This document shows positions 41,968-55,305 of a stretch of DNA of 64,000 nucleotides, piece after piece. The stretch is from Octopus sinensis (Eukaryota), in the NCBI RefSeq assembly GCF_006345805.1, contig NC_043003.1, forward strand, positions 77,500,001 to 77,564,000, written 5' to 3'. Under the pieces are notes generated by a model. That model saw only the letters and a program-made list of their open reading frames with translations. It had not been told where the DNA came from and did no database searches. Position 1 is the stretch's first letter. Each line of letters begins with the position of its first letter. The position numbers and the translations under genes were made by a program.

Positions 41968-42345
41968 TGTATGGTAAAAAGCTTGCTTACCAACCACATG
42001 GTTCCGGGTTCAGTCCCACTGTGTGGCACCTCGGGTAAACATCTTTTACTATAGCCTCGAGCCGACCAGAACCTTGTGAGTGGGTTTGGTTGACGGAAAC
42101 TGAAAGAAGCCTGTCGTATATATATATACATATATCTGTGTGTGTCTGTGTTTGTCTTCCACCACCGGTGCTGGTTTACCTATGCCCTCGTAACTTAGCG
42201 GTCCGGCAAAAGAGACCGATAGAATAAGTAGTAGGTTTTACAAAAATATAATAAGTCCTGAGGTCAATTTGTTCGACTAAAAATCTTCGAGGCGATGCCC
42301 CAGCATGGCTGCAATCAAATGACTGAAACAAGTGAAATAAAAAAG
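41968..42345 (+). mobile_element. Family A SINE
   Basis: It is colinear with 12968-13490. Confidence 0.85.
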
Positions 42346-42577
42346 AAAAAAATAATAAAGAATTCCTCCTATTTTTATCTCCGTTTCTTGATGTACTGCA
42401 CATTGCTATATCCTCGGACGGTTTCAATAATACATTCGATTTTTTAAAATTTTCTTTTGATAAGAAGTAGTTACTCGAATCGCGCTTAACGTCTCTTTAT
42501 TTCTGAAGTAGGAGGTGCTAAGTGTTTCCACACGGAGATCCTCGTAGTGCAACGTAACTGATTAAAAGATAAATATT

Positions 42578-42664
<87 letters not shown>

Positions 42665-42795
42665 GATAGATAGATGGATAGATAGATAGATTGATTGAAA
42701 GAGAGGGAGAGAGAGAGATATGTATATATATAGGTATATTGATGGAAACAGAAAACATAGAACTCAGAATATGAATACATGTATGTTTTTATTAC

Positions 42796-42903
42796 TATTT
42801 AGCAGAAGCAACAGAGTGACTCAAGGTCCAAGAGTTTCGTGCGTTTTGCACCGACGGCACGAAACTCTCGGAACCTGAATCACTCTGTTGCTTCTGCTAA
42901 ATA
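42796..42903. repeat. 108-nt long-stem hairpin (MITE or pre-miRNA-like)
   Basis: tatttagcagaagcaacagagtga pairs perfectly with tcactctgttgcttctgctaaata. The inner agagtttcgtgc pairs with gcacgaaactct around a loop of about 14 nt. Confidence 0.85.
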
Positions 42904-42904
42904 T

Positions 42905-43121
42905 TAATATATACACAGACATGGCAGAAATGTTCTGTATTTAAGAAATGAGGAATTATGCACATTATTTACAATTGACGGATATTTGTTCTAATCTCGT
43001 TTGTTGTTAACACATCGTTTCGGCTGATATACCATCCAGCCTTCATCAGGTGTCTTGAGGAAATTTCGAACCTGGGTTCTTATTCCTAAGGTATTTTTCG
43101 ATGTTGTTGTTGTTGTTGTTG

Positions 43122-43169
<48 letters not shown>

Positions 43170-43265
43170 TCACTGCCTGGAATCGAACTCGGAATCTTGG
43201 GGTTAGTAGCCCGAGCTTTTAACCACTACGCCATATGCCCACGGGCATATAAATAATGTAAATAA
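42905..43265 (-). mobile_element. Second copy of the tRNA-like/(AAT)n/Penelope-pLTR composite
   Basis: It is colinear with 13910-14125, and includes the 5' hairpin atatgccc-gt-gggcatat, the A box ggcgtagtgg and the B box gttcgattcc. Confidence 0.85.
43009..43054 (-). ncRNA. Hammerhead motif, probably inactive (GAAAC-GAU instead of GUU)
   Basis: Stems I and II and CUGAUGA are the same as at 13916-13961, but U16.1 is changed to A. Confidence 0.7.
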
Positions 43266-43268
43266 TGT

Positions 43269-44470
43269 ATGACAGAAGTAAATAGACACGACATAAAACA
43301 GTTTTATGCTTATTTTAACTTGAAAAGGTTTATATTTTGTATTAATTGACATATTTATGTTTCAAGTTCTATATGTAGTTGTTTAATCATGCTACATACA
43401 AAAGAAGACTTGGAACTGTCCGAATTTCTAAGAGACCGTATTGTTAGTCAATCTGAAGGTGAACCCAGTCAGAATAAAATCGCAGAAAACCTTGGGATCC
43501 CACTTTCTACAGTTAACAGAGTGATTATGAAATTCACCAGGGAGGGCAAGGAGTCCACATTACCTCGCCCAGGTCGACTCGGGCCCTCTGACAGGACCTT
43601 TCGCTTTGTCAAGTGAAGTTTGGAGGATAATCCTCGTTTCAAGGCCTCTGACATAGCAGAATATGTTAATGTCACTCCCAGAACAGTTGTCAGGTATCTC
43701 CACAAACTTGGCTACTATGGCAAAGCAGCAAGAAGGAAGCCGCTTCTTCGACCAGCCAATATCAAGTGGAGAAAAGATTGGACCAGTGAGATGGTGGAGA
43801 GGCAGCTAGCATTTTGGGGCATTGTCATATTCTCTGATGAGTTCAAATTTGCTGTATTTTCTGACAGTGGTCGAGTGTGAGTCTGGAGACCCTGCGATCA
43901 AGAATTTGAAGTAAAAAGATTGCAGCCAACAATGAAACGTGGCAGCTATTCTGTGATGGACTGGGGGACAATTTGGAGCAATGGTCGATCAGAGCTGGTG
44001 GAGTTTGAAGAAAGCATAAACTCAGATCCATATTGTAGAAAGGACCCCTTCCAATCTTTTCCAGTGGTGAAATGATTAAAGAAGACTATTTTTGGAAGAT
44101 GGGGCTCCTTGTCATATGGCTAAAAAGACCCAAGGCTGGTTGGAAGAGAATGGCTTTAAAAAGCTTCCATGGGCAAGCCAGTCACCAGATATGCACCTTA
44201 TTGGACACCTCTGGGTCATAATGAACAGAATGCTTCATAAAAAGAGTAAGGCATACTCAAAGCCAGATCTCTTGAGATTACTGCATGGAACTTGGCAAGA
44301 AATTCCTCAAGAGAATATTCGTCATCAGATCAGTAGCATGCCTAATAAGATCCTTGCATTGAAATATTAGATATTCACATTAAAATAATTAATAAATAAT
44401 CTGAATGTATAATTTCAGATTTAAATTATTTTTAACGTGTATAAGGGTGTCAATTTACTTCTGTCATGTG
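43269..44470 (+). mobile_element. Tc1-like (DD34E) transposon, near full length, inactivated
   Basis: The TIR pair is TGACAGAAGTAAAT(A/T)GACAC, with TA after the right end. Motifs are GR(P), ARRKPLL, IFSDE, EDGAPCH and SPDMHLIG (the catalytic E position, 34 aa after D2, reads G). There are in-frame stops. Confidence 0.92.
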
Positions 44471-44789
44471 TATATATTTATACCCATACAAACATAAATA
44501 CGTACATACATACACATATAATCTATTTTGTTCTTTCCTGTATTAGACAGTTAGATATGATTTGAGGGATATTTGGTTGCTATATCTTAAGAAGTTTAGC
44601 GACTAGGTAGAAGCTCCTTTTAAACTATTAGTTCTATCAGAGACTGCGTGGGTGGCGCCATCAAAGGCAGTTGAGATGAATAAACTAAGAGACGCTGATT
44701 CATTTGTAGATTGCGGCAGGAGAGGTGAGGGTGAGGATAATAATCATGATGGCTGTGGTTGTTGTTTTGATGTTGCTTTGATGCTAGGG

Positions 44790-44825
44790 GCGACGACGAC
44801 GACGACGACGACGCTGATGATGACG

Positions 44826-44856
<31 letters not shown>

Positions 44857-45005
44857 GCTGCTGCTGCTGCTGCTGATGATGATGATGATAATGATGATGG
44901 CTGTTGTTACTATCGTGGTGATGGTGGCGGTGCTGATTGTAGTGACAATGATGAAGATTATGAAGATAATGGTGGTTACAGTCGCTGCTACTACTGCTGC
45001 CACTG

Positions 45006-45089
<84 letters not shown>

Positions 45090-45163
45090 ACAGTACAAAT
45101 ATTGCTGTCGTTTCATAATGATGATAATGATAACGATGATGCGACGGTGGTGGTAGTGGTGAT

Positions 45164-45203
<40 letters not shown>

Positions 45204-45220
45204 CGGTGATTACAACGACG
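44790..45220. repeat. Compound trinucleotide array (GAC/GAT/GCT/ACT)n
   Basis: The array is directly visible and is the source of the poly-A/V/I/S ORFs. Confidence 0.95.
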
Positions 45221-46138
45221 ATGATATGTAATATCACACAATGAAACAACCATTTCCAATATTTTCTTTCTTGATCAATGCCATTCCAAAACAAACAGAG
45301 ATATACAAATAGAGATAATTTCATTATTTTATTTTTATTTACTTTCAGCTTGTTTCTTCTGTTAAGCTTTGGTATTGCATTTTTATCTATATTTTGTTCT
45401 AAGTTTCTTTCTTCTTTCTTTCCATCTATCTCTCTTTCTTTCCTTCCTTTACATCAAACTCGTGTTTACATAAAAAAGTAATTATCGATCTGAAGTCTGC
45501 CGGAATCATCTCACAACCGATAGTTCACTAAATGATTTATTAAAGTACAGTTGTGGCGATGGCTTCATATAGTAGTAATCAAACGCATATTTATACATTC
45601 TTATATAAATAAACACATAGACACAGACATGCACAAAGAAATACATACATACATACATACATACATACATACATACATACATACATACATACACACATAT
45701 AAAAATGTCTGGAAATTATGGGCAAGACATGCTAAGTCAAACTGCACTTCAAACAAAATAAACGCCCGTATCTTACCCTCCGAAAACGTGTGGGCCTTAT
45801 TATTTATATGTATACATACGTACGTGTACATACATACATACATACATACATACATACATACATACATACACAAACACACACTCATATGCTTATGCATGTA
45901 CGTTTATAAGTATGTACATGTATCAATAGAGGGAGAAGACCGTAATATGCATATATGCATCTATATTTGTTAATATGCACATGTGTGTATGTGTGTGTGT
46001 ATGGGATTAACCAGAAGTATACAAACCTGCGTTCAATAAAATATGTGTGTATACAATCATATTTAATACGTTTGTATACACAAGAACGTAGGAAGACCTT
46101 TGCTGCAGAAATAGCTCCGGAAAAAATTCATTCATAGA

Positions 46139-46720
46139 CAGTACAAGTCGTCGACTTACGACCACAATTGGTTCCGACTGACTGGTCGTAAGTCGATTTG
46201 ATCGTAAGTCGATTTGGTCGTAAGTCGACCTATAGGCTTACATAGCTCTGTTTTATATTTTTACATTCTTAAGGTACATTCTCAGGTAAAAGTCATGCAT
46301 AGCATTCTGTATTATGCTATTATACTGGTGTTTCACTTGAAAAAGAAACAGAGAATGGCGGAGAGATGCTGTCCTCGAATGTGTTTATTGAAAAGTGTGT
46401 GTAAGTTGCGAAAATGGAAAGAGTGGATGGTACCTCTCTAAGTGTAGACCTTTGAGTCGGAGAGAAGAGATTGGAGAAGGCACTTGCTCCTAAGTTTTCA
46501 GGGCACATGCTCCTCAGGGCACTTGCTTCTAAGATTCTTCGATTATCCCTAGAGGACTTCCTGTATCAAGAGGGCCACATCTCTATCATCCTCCCCGCCA
46601 TTCTTTTTTTTAGCCTTTGTATACTATGCATATGCTCCATCTTTTTCAGTGTATACCGTGTATACTTAGTAACACTTTATGTCTGTCTCTGTATTGTACA
46701 CCCCATCCTTCGCCTTTGTG
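46139..46720 (+). mobile_element. pogo/Tigger-like remnant
   Basis: It starts CAGTACAAGTCGTCGACTTACGACC, with three tandem reverse copies of (t/a)cgtaagtcga. The downstream sequence resembles degraded Tigger 3' ends. Confidence 0.45.
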
Positions 46721-46879
46721 GCAAATAAATGAAATCATCATCATCATCATCATCATCATCACCATTATTATTATTATTATCATTCTTTTTATTATTTTTG
46801 TAAATTATACAGTGAAAATATTGTGCTGCTCTATGATGCCTGTTATTATTATCATCATCATCATCATCATTATTATTAT

Positions 46880-47940
46880 TATGTTATCTTTTTTTCTTCT
46901 TCTTTCAAATTTGTTTCCATTTCTTGCCGAGTGTCTTCCGGAATCCTAGGGCAAAGAAACTCATAATATACATTGGTAGGCCATTAAACTAAACTCACTA
47001 GTTCGTTCATTTTTTTTTTTAAAGTTAAATTAAAATACATGGGTAGTAATAGTTCTCACATCGACAATGCTCTTCTCAATACGTGTGATGTACCAGTTCA
47101 GACAATCTTTTGCACTTCTTGCAGGGATGGTAAGCCAGGGATCATTCTCATATAATTTTCGGTTCCCTTCTTGATCATTCCTAGTGCTCCTACGATCACT
47201 GGTATTGTAACCGCCTTGAGATGCCACATTTTCTCAATTTCAATGAGCAGGTCTTTATATTTTCTGAGCTTGTCAAACTCTTTCGCCGAGATATTATGAT
47301 CACAGGGGATGCTCATGTCGATCAATAAGCAAACTTTATTGTTTTGGTCTTTCACAACAATATCTGGTTTATTGGCTTTGATGGTTCGGTCTGTATGTAC
47401 TGGGAAGCCCCACAGAATCGTTACATTTTCTCCTTCAGTTACAGCTTCAGGGTGGTGATTATACCACTTGTCGGCAGTTTTGATATTGTAATGCCGACTT
47501 ATTAGCCAGTGTAGATATTGTCCAACTCTGTCATGTCTTAATTTATACTCCACTGGTGCTAAGACTTTACATCCAGAGATTAGGTGGTCCACTGTTTCAA
47601 TCATGTCGTTGCAGATTCGGTATTTTGGGTCTGTTCCATTTTTCATCACATTGGCCTGGTAGTTCCGGGTTAATAGGCTTTGATCTTGAGCAGCCAGGAT
47701 GAAACCTTTCTCTCTGCTTTTAGCCCTGAGCTCCGTAGCCACTGATGGGTTTGCTTCTGGTCAACATCAGCTTCTTTGCTGCGTTTGCCTCCCACCTATC
47801 AGCCAATTGCTCGTGCGCTTTTTTCGTAGCCATTATTTTCACCTTCTTTGCAACAATAGTTGCCGTACTTCCCTCGGGTTGTTCAGTTTGGGTATCCTGC
47901 ACGGGATCAATAGCAAATTTTTTGCTTTCCTTTATGATAG
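46880..47940 (-). mobile_element. R4/Dong-clade non-LTR retrotransposon, 5'-truncated, embedded in (TAA)n
   Basis: The 214-aa ORF has GFILAAQDQ, the knuckle (Y)RIC..ETVDHLISGC, RHDRV, NKPDIVV..LIDMSIP and IPVIVGALG. TAA/TGA repeats lie on both sides. Confidence 0.9.
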
Positions 47941-47942
47941 AA

Positions 47943-48001
<59 letters not shown>

Positions 48002-48002
48002 G

Positions 48003-48038
<36 letters not shown>

Positions 48039-48295
48039 CGTTATCATTGTCATTATTATTATTATTATTATCATCATCATCATCATCATCATTATTATTA
48101 TTATTAGTCAACTAGTTAACGATTTAGGCAAATAACTAATCGATTGTTTCATTAATCGCTCGGTCATTCTATCAGGTTAGTTCTACAGAGAATTTTCACC
48201 GACCTCGCCAATGAGTTCGCCGCGCTACTACAGGTAAAATTCAAAGTTTACTACTACTACTATACTACTACTACTACTACTACTACTACTAATAC

Positions 48296-48340
<45 letters not shown>

Positions 48341-49423
48341 CCCCCACCACCACCATCACCACCACTACTCCTTTCTTTCTTCCTCTCTCGCACTACTAAT
48401 GAACTTTGAAAGATAATGTTTTATCCGAAAGAAATATTTCATTATACACCTCCCTCTAGTTCCTTCTTTAATTTAATGTCACGTAAAGTTTAATAGAATC
48501 TAGTCTTCTAACAGCTTTGTACTGAAGAGACCTAAAGAGATCGAAATAGCGGCTATATATGGATGCTTAGGATTCTATGATTAACAGGAAAAAAATAGAA
48601 TATTTTACTAATTACAAAAAGAAATATTTTATTCCATTAATGGGAAAAAACGTTAGCAATATGTACTCTGAAAAGGCGATTCTTCTTACCAAAGAGACAA
48701 TCAACTAATTAACTGATACATATATATATATATACATACATACATACATACATACATACATACATACATACATACATACATACGTGCGTACGTACGTACG
48801 TACGTACGTACGTATGTATGTATGTATGTATGTATGTATGTATGTATGTATGTATGTATGTATGTATGTATGTATGTATGTATGTGTGTGTATGTATGTA
48901 TGTATGTAATACATTTATAAATGTTATTTTATGTATTGTCACACAAACATAACAGAAGTTTTAGATATAGAAAGAGAGTATTGATATGTATATATGTGTG
49001 GGAGTGTATGTGTGTGCGTTTTCATGTGTGTACATTTATGAGTGTCCGTGTGTACGTGTGTGTGTGTGTGTGTGTATTCATGTGTGTACATTTGTGTGTG
49101 TCCGTGTGTGTGTTGCTTGTTGAAGAACATATCAATGTACAGGAGCGTAATCTGATCTGTGTTGTGTTTAAATTGTGAGAGTTTAAGGAATTTATTTTCC
49201 TGTGTGGGTAGAGCGGTTTTTGGTCAGATGAAATTACATTCTCCATCCTAGGTATAAACTTTCACTTACCAAAATATGACCAAAACATAAAAAAATGGTG
49301 AAATCAAATATCTTTCTCGCTACCTCCGCATCTGCAATCCCACAACATATATATTTACACGTATATATATATATATATATATGCGTACATTCATGTATAT
49401 ATACACATACACACATACATACA

Positions 49424-49470
<47 letters not shown>

Positions 49471-50822
49471 GTACATAAAAACATTCATAAATATATATAT
49501 AATACATATACATACACAGAGATAAATAACCTTCTATGTATCATACTTAATATAAGCATAACGGATTTGTGCGTGTGTGTGCTTGTGTGTGTGTGGTGTG
49601 TGTGTGTGCGTGCGTGTGTGTGTGTGCACGCGCGAGTGTGTGTGTATGCGCACAAATCACTTATGATAAATGGAAAAATTATAGCCGTTAGCAGTGCGAA
49701 CGGTACTAAGTTGTATATAGATATTTGATTTGCAGTTTATTTCATTGGGAACAAATCAACTTCATGTGTATTCGTTAACTACATATTCACCAGCAGCCTT
49801 CATCATCAAATTTGTTTGTGTGGTCAGGCGAAATTCATCGTCTACATCCTTTTTGAAAAATGTCTGCCGCTGTAAGCTAAATTCAATGGCTTCTTTTGAA
49901 TGAAAATTGTCAATAGCAGTCTTGCGACGTTAATTCGAACCATCGATGTTTTCGATTAAGCATTCTTCTCTATTACTGCGACAGGAGTAAAAAAAAAATC
50001 ATACAAGAAAAAGAACCAACTTAAGCAGTGGGCCATTTCAGGGATATTTTGATTTTCTGCTCCTCGCCAAGACCGCATATTCTGCCCCGTTCCGTTATGA
50101 CGTCACATGATTCCATTAACGGCTCTCTTCTCATTGTAGCTTTTACCATTAGCTGATGATGGCATGTTTTGCAATAACTATCAGGACAACTTATGCCAGC
50201 CATTTTAGATTCACCAGCAGGGATAAGTATAAATTTACTTCACTTCATGAACAACCAGCTAATTAAGTAGTCACATTACAAAAAGAAAGTAAAATGGCAG
50301 TCAACAAAGATCTGTTCAATAGCACGCTTACCAGCCTTCGTATTACGCCAGTTGTTTACCACACACTCTTCAGACTAGTAAGCCCTGTAAAAAATCCTGT
50401 TGCCAATACAGAAACTGCGACAGGACAACTTGAAAACTTGTTTAGGGTTCTGTTGCTCAAATCTAGCTCCTGACACGACACCTTTGCCACTATTGTTATG
50501 ATATCCGCAGTTCACATTCGTCACTGACATGTTAGCCTGATCATAATGTATTTTGTTCAGCCAACATATTTTCCGTTTCTCTCCACTGACAAAATCAACT
50601 TTGAACGTAACCCTTCCTTTATCTAATCTAACATTAGCTATATGCTTAGTTAAAGAGCTATTTAAAACAGTAAGTCGATTCTGCGAGTTCCTATAAAAAG
50701 AATGTTCACCACAACGAAATTATTTGCCTAACTATATGAGACATTTAAAAAGAACTTCTATTCATGCCCATATATAAAGTATTACTCATATCGGTGATGA
50801 CATTTAAAACTTCTCAAGTACT

Positions 50823-51130
50823 CAAGTGGCGGCGCAATGGCCCAGTGATTAGGGCAGCGGACTCGCGGGCAGAGGATCGCGGTTTCGATTTCCTGACCGG
50901 GCGTTATGTGTGTTTATTGAGCGAAAACACCTAAAGCTCCACGAGTCTCCGGCAGGGGGTGGTGGCGATCCCTGTTGTACTCTTTCACCCCAAATTTCTC
51001 TCATTCTTTCTTCCTGTTTCTTGAGTAACGCTGAGATGGACTGGCGTCCTGTCCAGCTGGGGGGAACACATACGCCATAGAAACCGGGAAATCGGGCCCA
51101 TGATCCTGGCTAGGCTTGAAAAGGGCGAAA
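50823..51130 (+). mobile_element. Family C tRNA SINE, full length
   Basis: A box tggcccagtga, B box ggtttcgatttcc, the gatggactggcgtcctgtccag segment and an A-rich tail. Confidence 0.85.
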
Positions 51131-51262
51131 AAAATAAAGTACTCAAGTACAGCAGTTTAAATGAAATATGTACACACAACCTCGGGTACAAACATTTGCT
51201 AATGTTTCATATTACTTCGTTTAATTAAATAAATAAACCACCACTAAGACCAGGTAGGTCGC

Positions 51263-51299
<37 letters not shown>

Positions 51300-51303
51300 C
51301 ACA

Positions 51304-51334
<31 letters not shown>

Positions 51335-51968
51335 CACGTACACAATAACTATATACTGTAAATATCAAGGCTATTATTTTTTGAACACACATATATAAAC
51401 ATACATGCATTTAAATGTTTAGAAAAAGTCAGCTATAGGAAATAACTTAAGACCTATGACATTTTTTTGGTTAAATCAGGTTGGTGATGTACTGAATGAC
51501 GTATACTAAAAGAATTATTAATGAATTGAAACTTTCCTTTTGGAGAAAGAAAACGAAAACCTAGCAGCATTTTTTGATGATTTTCAATAAAATGTAAAGA
51601 TAATTTATATCTATAATGAGATTTCTAGAAATGGCGATGCCTATGCCTATTGTATTTTAAATTGAGGAAAGGTCTTGCACAGGGCTAATCTCATTCACTA
51701 AACAACATATGTAATTGACCAAGAGGAAGGATTTCTACAATCATTGGTTGCAAACGAAGTCACAGGTGTTACATCAGAGTTTTCCTTTTGGAAAAATATT
51801 CAAGCATGGACGGCCCGACCATGCAACAGGTTGTAATGGGTAACTTGTTACCAGTAGCATAAAAATTGACACATACATAACACATAAACACACACATACA
51901 CACACATATATATGTACAGACACATACACACTCATGTAAATACATATACACTCACACAAATATATATA

Positions 51969-52197
51969 TTCATTATAGCCCACAAGGGGCTAAACATAGA
52001 GGGGACAAACAAAGACAAACAAAGAGATTAAGTCGATTATATCGACCCCAGTGCGTAACTGCTACTTATTTAATCGACCCCGAAAGGATGAAAGGCAAAG
52101 TCGACCTCGGCGGAATGTGAACTCAGAACATAACGGCAGACGAAATACTGCTAAGCATTTCGCCCGGCGCGCAAACGATTCTGCCAGCTTGCCGCCT
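51969..52197 (-). mobile_element. Family B SINE, young subfamily (agcccctt.tggg tail)
   Basis: It is a monomer nearly identical to 59315-59548. Confidence 0.88.
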
Positions 52198-52294
52198 CAC
52201 ACAAATATATATATTCATATATATATATATATATATATAATATATATATATATGATAGATAGATATAGATATAATATATATACACACATATATT

Positions 52295-52340
<46 letters not shown>

Positions 52341-52689
52341 CGCACATATATACACATGTACATACACGCTTATAAATACATGCACATAGGCTCGCGCACG
52401 CACACACGCACACACACAAACAAACAGACAAAGATATATTTTCTAATGTTCCCGAAGAAGAGCCTATGATCGAAATCTTATAGACACTGCTTCCTTTCCT
52501 TTCATCGAGTGTCAATCTAATAAGTACTCTGTATATTCACTTTCTTTTTTCTGTTATACTTGCATCTGTACATACATACATACACACATACATACATACG
52601 TCTCATCTACCGATGAGACACGATCTTTTAACCAAGATACTGTATAATGTGATCCGTCGGATGGACAACCCTGTGACCAAAGAGATAAG

Positions 52690-53340
52690 AACCCACAGTA
52701 TGATAGAGGCCATAGCCACTTATAATATAGAAGAGCATTAGTGGAATGTCCCAGTGAAAACTTCAATAAAATGTAGACTATTAGATCGGACACTGTGATT
52801 TGGGACAGAGAAGTGAAACTGTACCATAGTGGAAATCAATTGTGCGGCAGGCGTCAACATAAGCTAAAGATCAGTGAAAAAGGAAATAGTTAGGCTGAAC
52901 TATTGAGGAACTCACAGTTTTTCTACCCGGATTACAAATTCAGGTTTATAGCTGTAATCATCGGGGTACTGGAGTATGTAATGCACAGTCTAAGCACCAA
53001 TCGTGACAAATTAGGCTTCTCAAACAAGAAGGGAGAAAGCTAATTCGATGTCTACAAATTCAAGCCATCACTGGAACTATAGAAATTTGTAAAACTTTCC
53101 AGAAGTTTAGCACTTGAGTATATATACGCATATCTAGGCATGCAACTATATGAGAATACATACATAAAATGAAACATACAAATGTATACATCCACGGGTT
53201 CCAAATACTGCATATATATACACACATGCATGCAAAATACCCTACTGATGTTGATGAAATTCCAATGTATAAGCTTTAGATCTAGGTTAGAAACCTCTTT
53301 CTATATTGGCAAGAAATCTTGGAATAAAACTGAATAATTA
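52690..53340 (+). mobile_element. REL-endonuclease LINE 3' end (same family as 29075-29990)
   Basis: It encodes WNVPVKTSIKC..PDTVIWDRE..TIVEI..KISEKE..ELLRNSQFFYPDYKFRFIAVIIG. Confidence 0.8.
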
Positions 53341-54840
53341 CATACATACATACATACATACATAATACATACATACATACATACACACATACATACATAC
53401 ATACATACATACACACACACACATGCATACATACATACATACATACATACATACATACATACATACATACATACATACATACATACATACTTGCATACAT
53501 ACATACATTCATACATACATACATACAAAGAGATGGTGTTACATTTGAGTTCCATAGTCTTTGCGGGATTCCTGAAGTCTCCTATTCCACCAGCTTTACC
53601 CCTGGCAAATCAGCATGGTTTTCTTTTATCTTTATATAAATTATATCCTACTAGGAATTGAACGCAGGCAAGACAGTTAGCTGATGAAACAATAATATAA
53701 TTGAGAGTTGCTTCTCATCTATGTACACTATTGTGTTATACATAACCATTGTCTTTTCTTTAAGACACACTAAATAATGTAGTTTTAGATACACAATTTC
53801 CTATGAATAATGGGTTGATCATGGCTGGAAAGACTTCTGTAATCTGTCTACACAGTCAGAACTAACCTCGAGCTAAACGTCTCCAACAACATAACTATTG
53901 TATCTATTCGTTATTAGGTTGAATTGATCATATAAGATTTAAGTAACTTCGACAGTAAAAACATCGCAGCGTTAGCGGCCAAATTCAGCCATATTTTGAC
54001 TGGAAGTAGACCAACATAAATATCACATAAATATACAGACATCAGAAGTAAATATATATTATTTAATCTACAAAGCTCCAGCAGTTTCAAATTGTTTCCA
54101 TGATATCCTTATCCTCAGTATTCGCTCGTATAAATTGACTGTCAATGGAGAGGCGACGCATTTATTTACCAAACGGAAATGAAAGGATAGTTTGTTTAGA
54201 TCATATCAAATAAGGAACGTTGAGAGATTTGTTTATCAATATCTAGATGAATTGAAATAGCTTTAGCTTTAATCTGTAATTTTTTTGCAAGCACATCCTC
54301 CATATAATAAAACCTATATTCGCTGAACTATTAATCCCGGGGAAAATTATTCATTTCGATATCAACTATCACTGGATACAACAAGCAGAATTGGGCCACA
54401 AACAATATAAACAATCAAACGGTGTAAGTATTTTTACTGATTAGCATTAAAAAAAAAACAAAAAAACAAAAAGAAAGGAAAAAGAAAAGCCAGTGCAATA
54501 GCTTCAGTGAGTATATAACATCATAGAGGATTTAAAATGCGGGGGAAGTGCAGATATGTTTATGAAAATTAGCCTAATTTTTGCCTTTATTACTGCAATT
54601 ATAATTTAATTTTCTAATCATTAACTGTAGAATCACTATTTTCTCTCATTCAGTCGACGGAAAAGAATAGAAACATACACTTATATATATATATATATAT
54701 ATATTTACATTTCTACACACACACACGCACGAATGCGTAGGACTTGATTTTAGATACATAGTTTTGCATAAAAATAAATTCTATTTTAGTTTCCGATTAG
54801 AAGTCATTTCAAAACTAATGAGATAGCTGCTAAGTAGTGA

Positions 54841-54937
<97 letters not shown>

Positions 54938-55305
54938 CACACACATTCATTTATTTATAACACGTGACCCGCGCTCACGCTCTCAATCAGCTATCGATTG
55001 CTTCACAAATATTTCGGCAACTTCCGACATTATCTTTTCCACTGAACAATGTAGCATTTATTCTAGTAGGAAATATGCGGGATATTTGGAATCACATTGT
55101 AGCACGCCTTTTCCTTCGTTATCTGTTCACCCACTACATTAAGTGTGCACTGTTATAACCACTCCATTCGAGCAGTAACTGTCTTGCTTTACTGTTCGTT
55201 GGTGATATCTACAGGAAATACCGTATGTTAGCATCTTCGTATCTCACAGTTTCTTAAGTTCTTCATATTTGAGGCATTTCTTGTTCTATATAAACGCAAT
55301 GTATA

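Noticed and set aside
44620-45324. 234-aa ORF with poly-I/A/V/S runs
   Set aside because: It is a stop-free reading of a compound trinucleotide array, with no splice or codon evidence.
46150-46230. Short repeated cgtaagtcga units resembling a CRISPR-like array
   Set aside because: There are no unique spacers, the context is eukaryotic, and the units are consistent with subterminal repeats of a pogo-type transposon.
48515-48556. CTGAAGAG...CGAAA hammerhead-like motif
   Set aside because: There is no NUH triplet or stem I pairing, so it is too degenerate to call.
52548-52575. Alternative Cys-Lys|GTATAA donor that could precede exon 2
   Set aside because: The upstream sequence is a (TATG)n microsatellite. 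The 57954 exon supplies a far better signal peptide and DCR.
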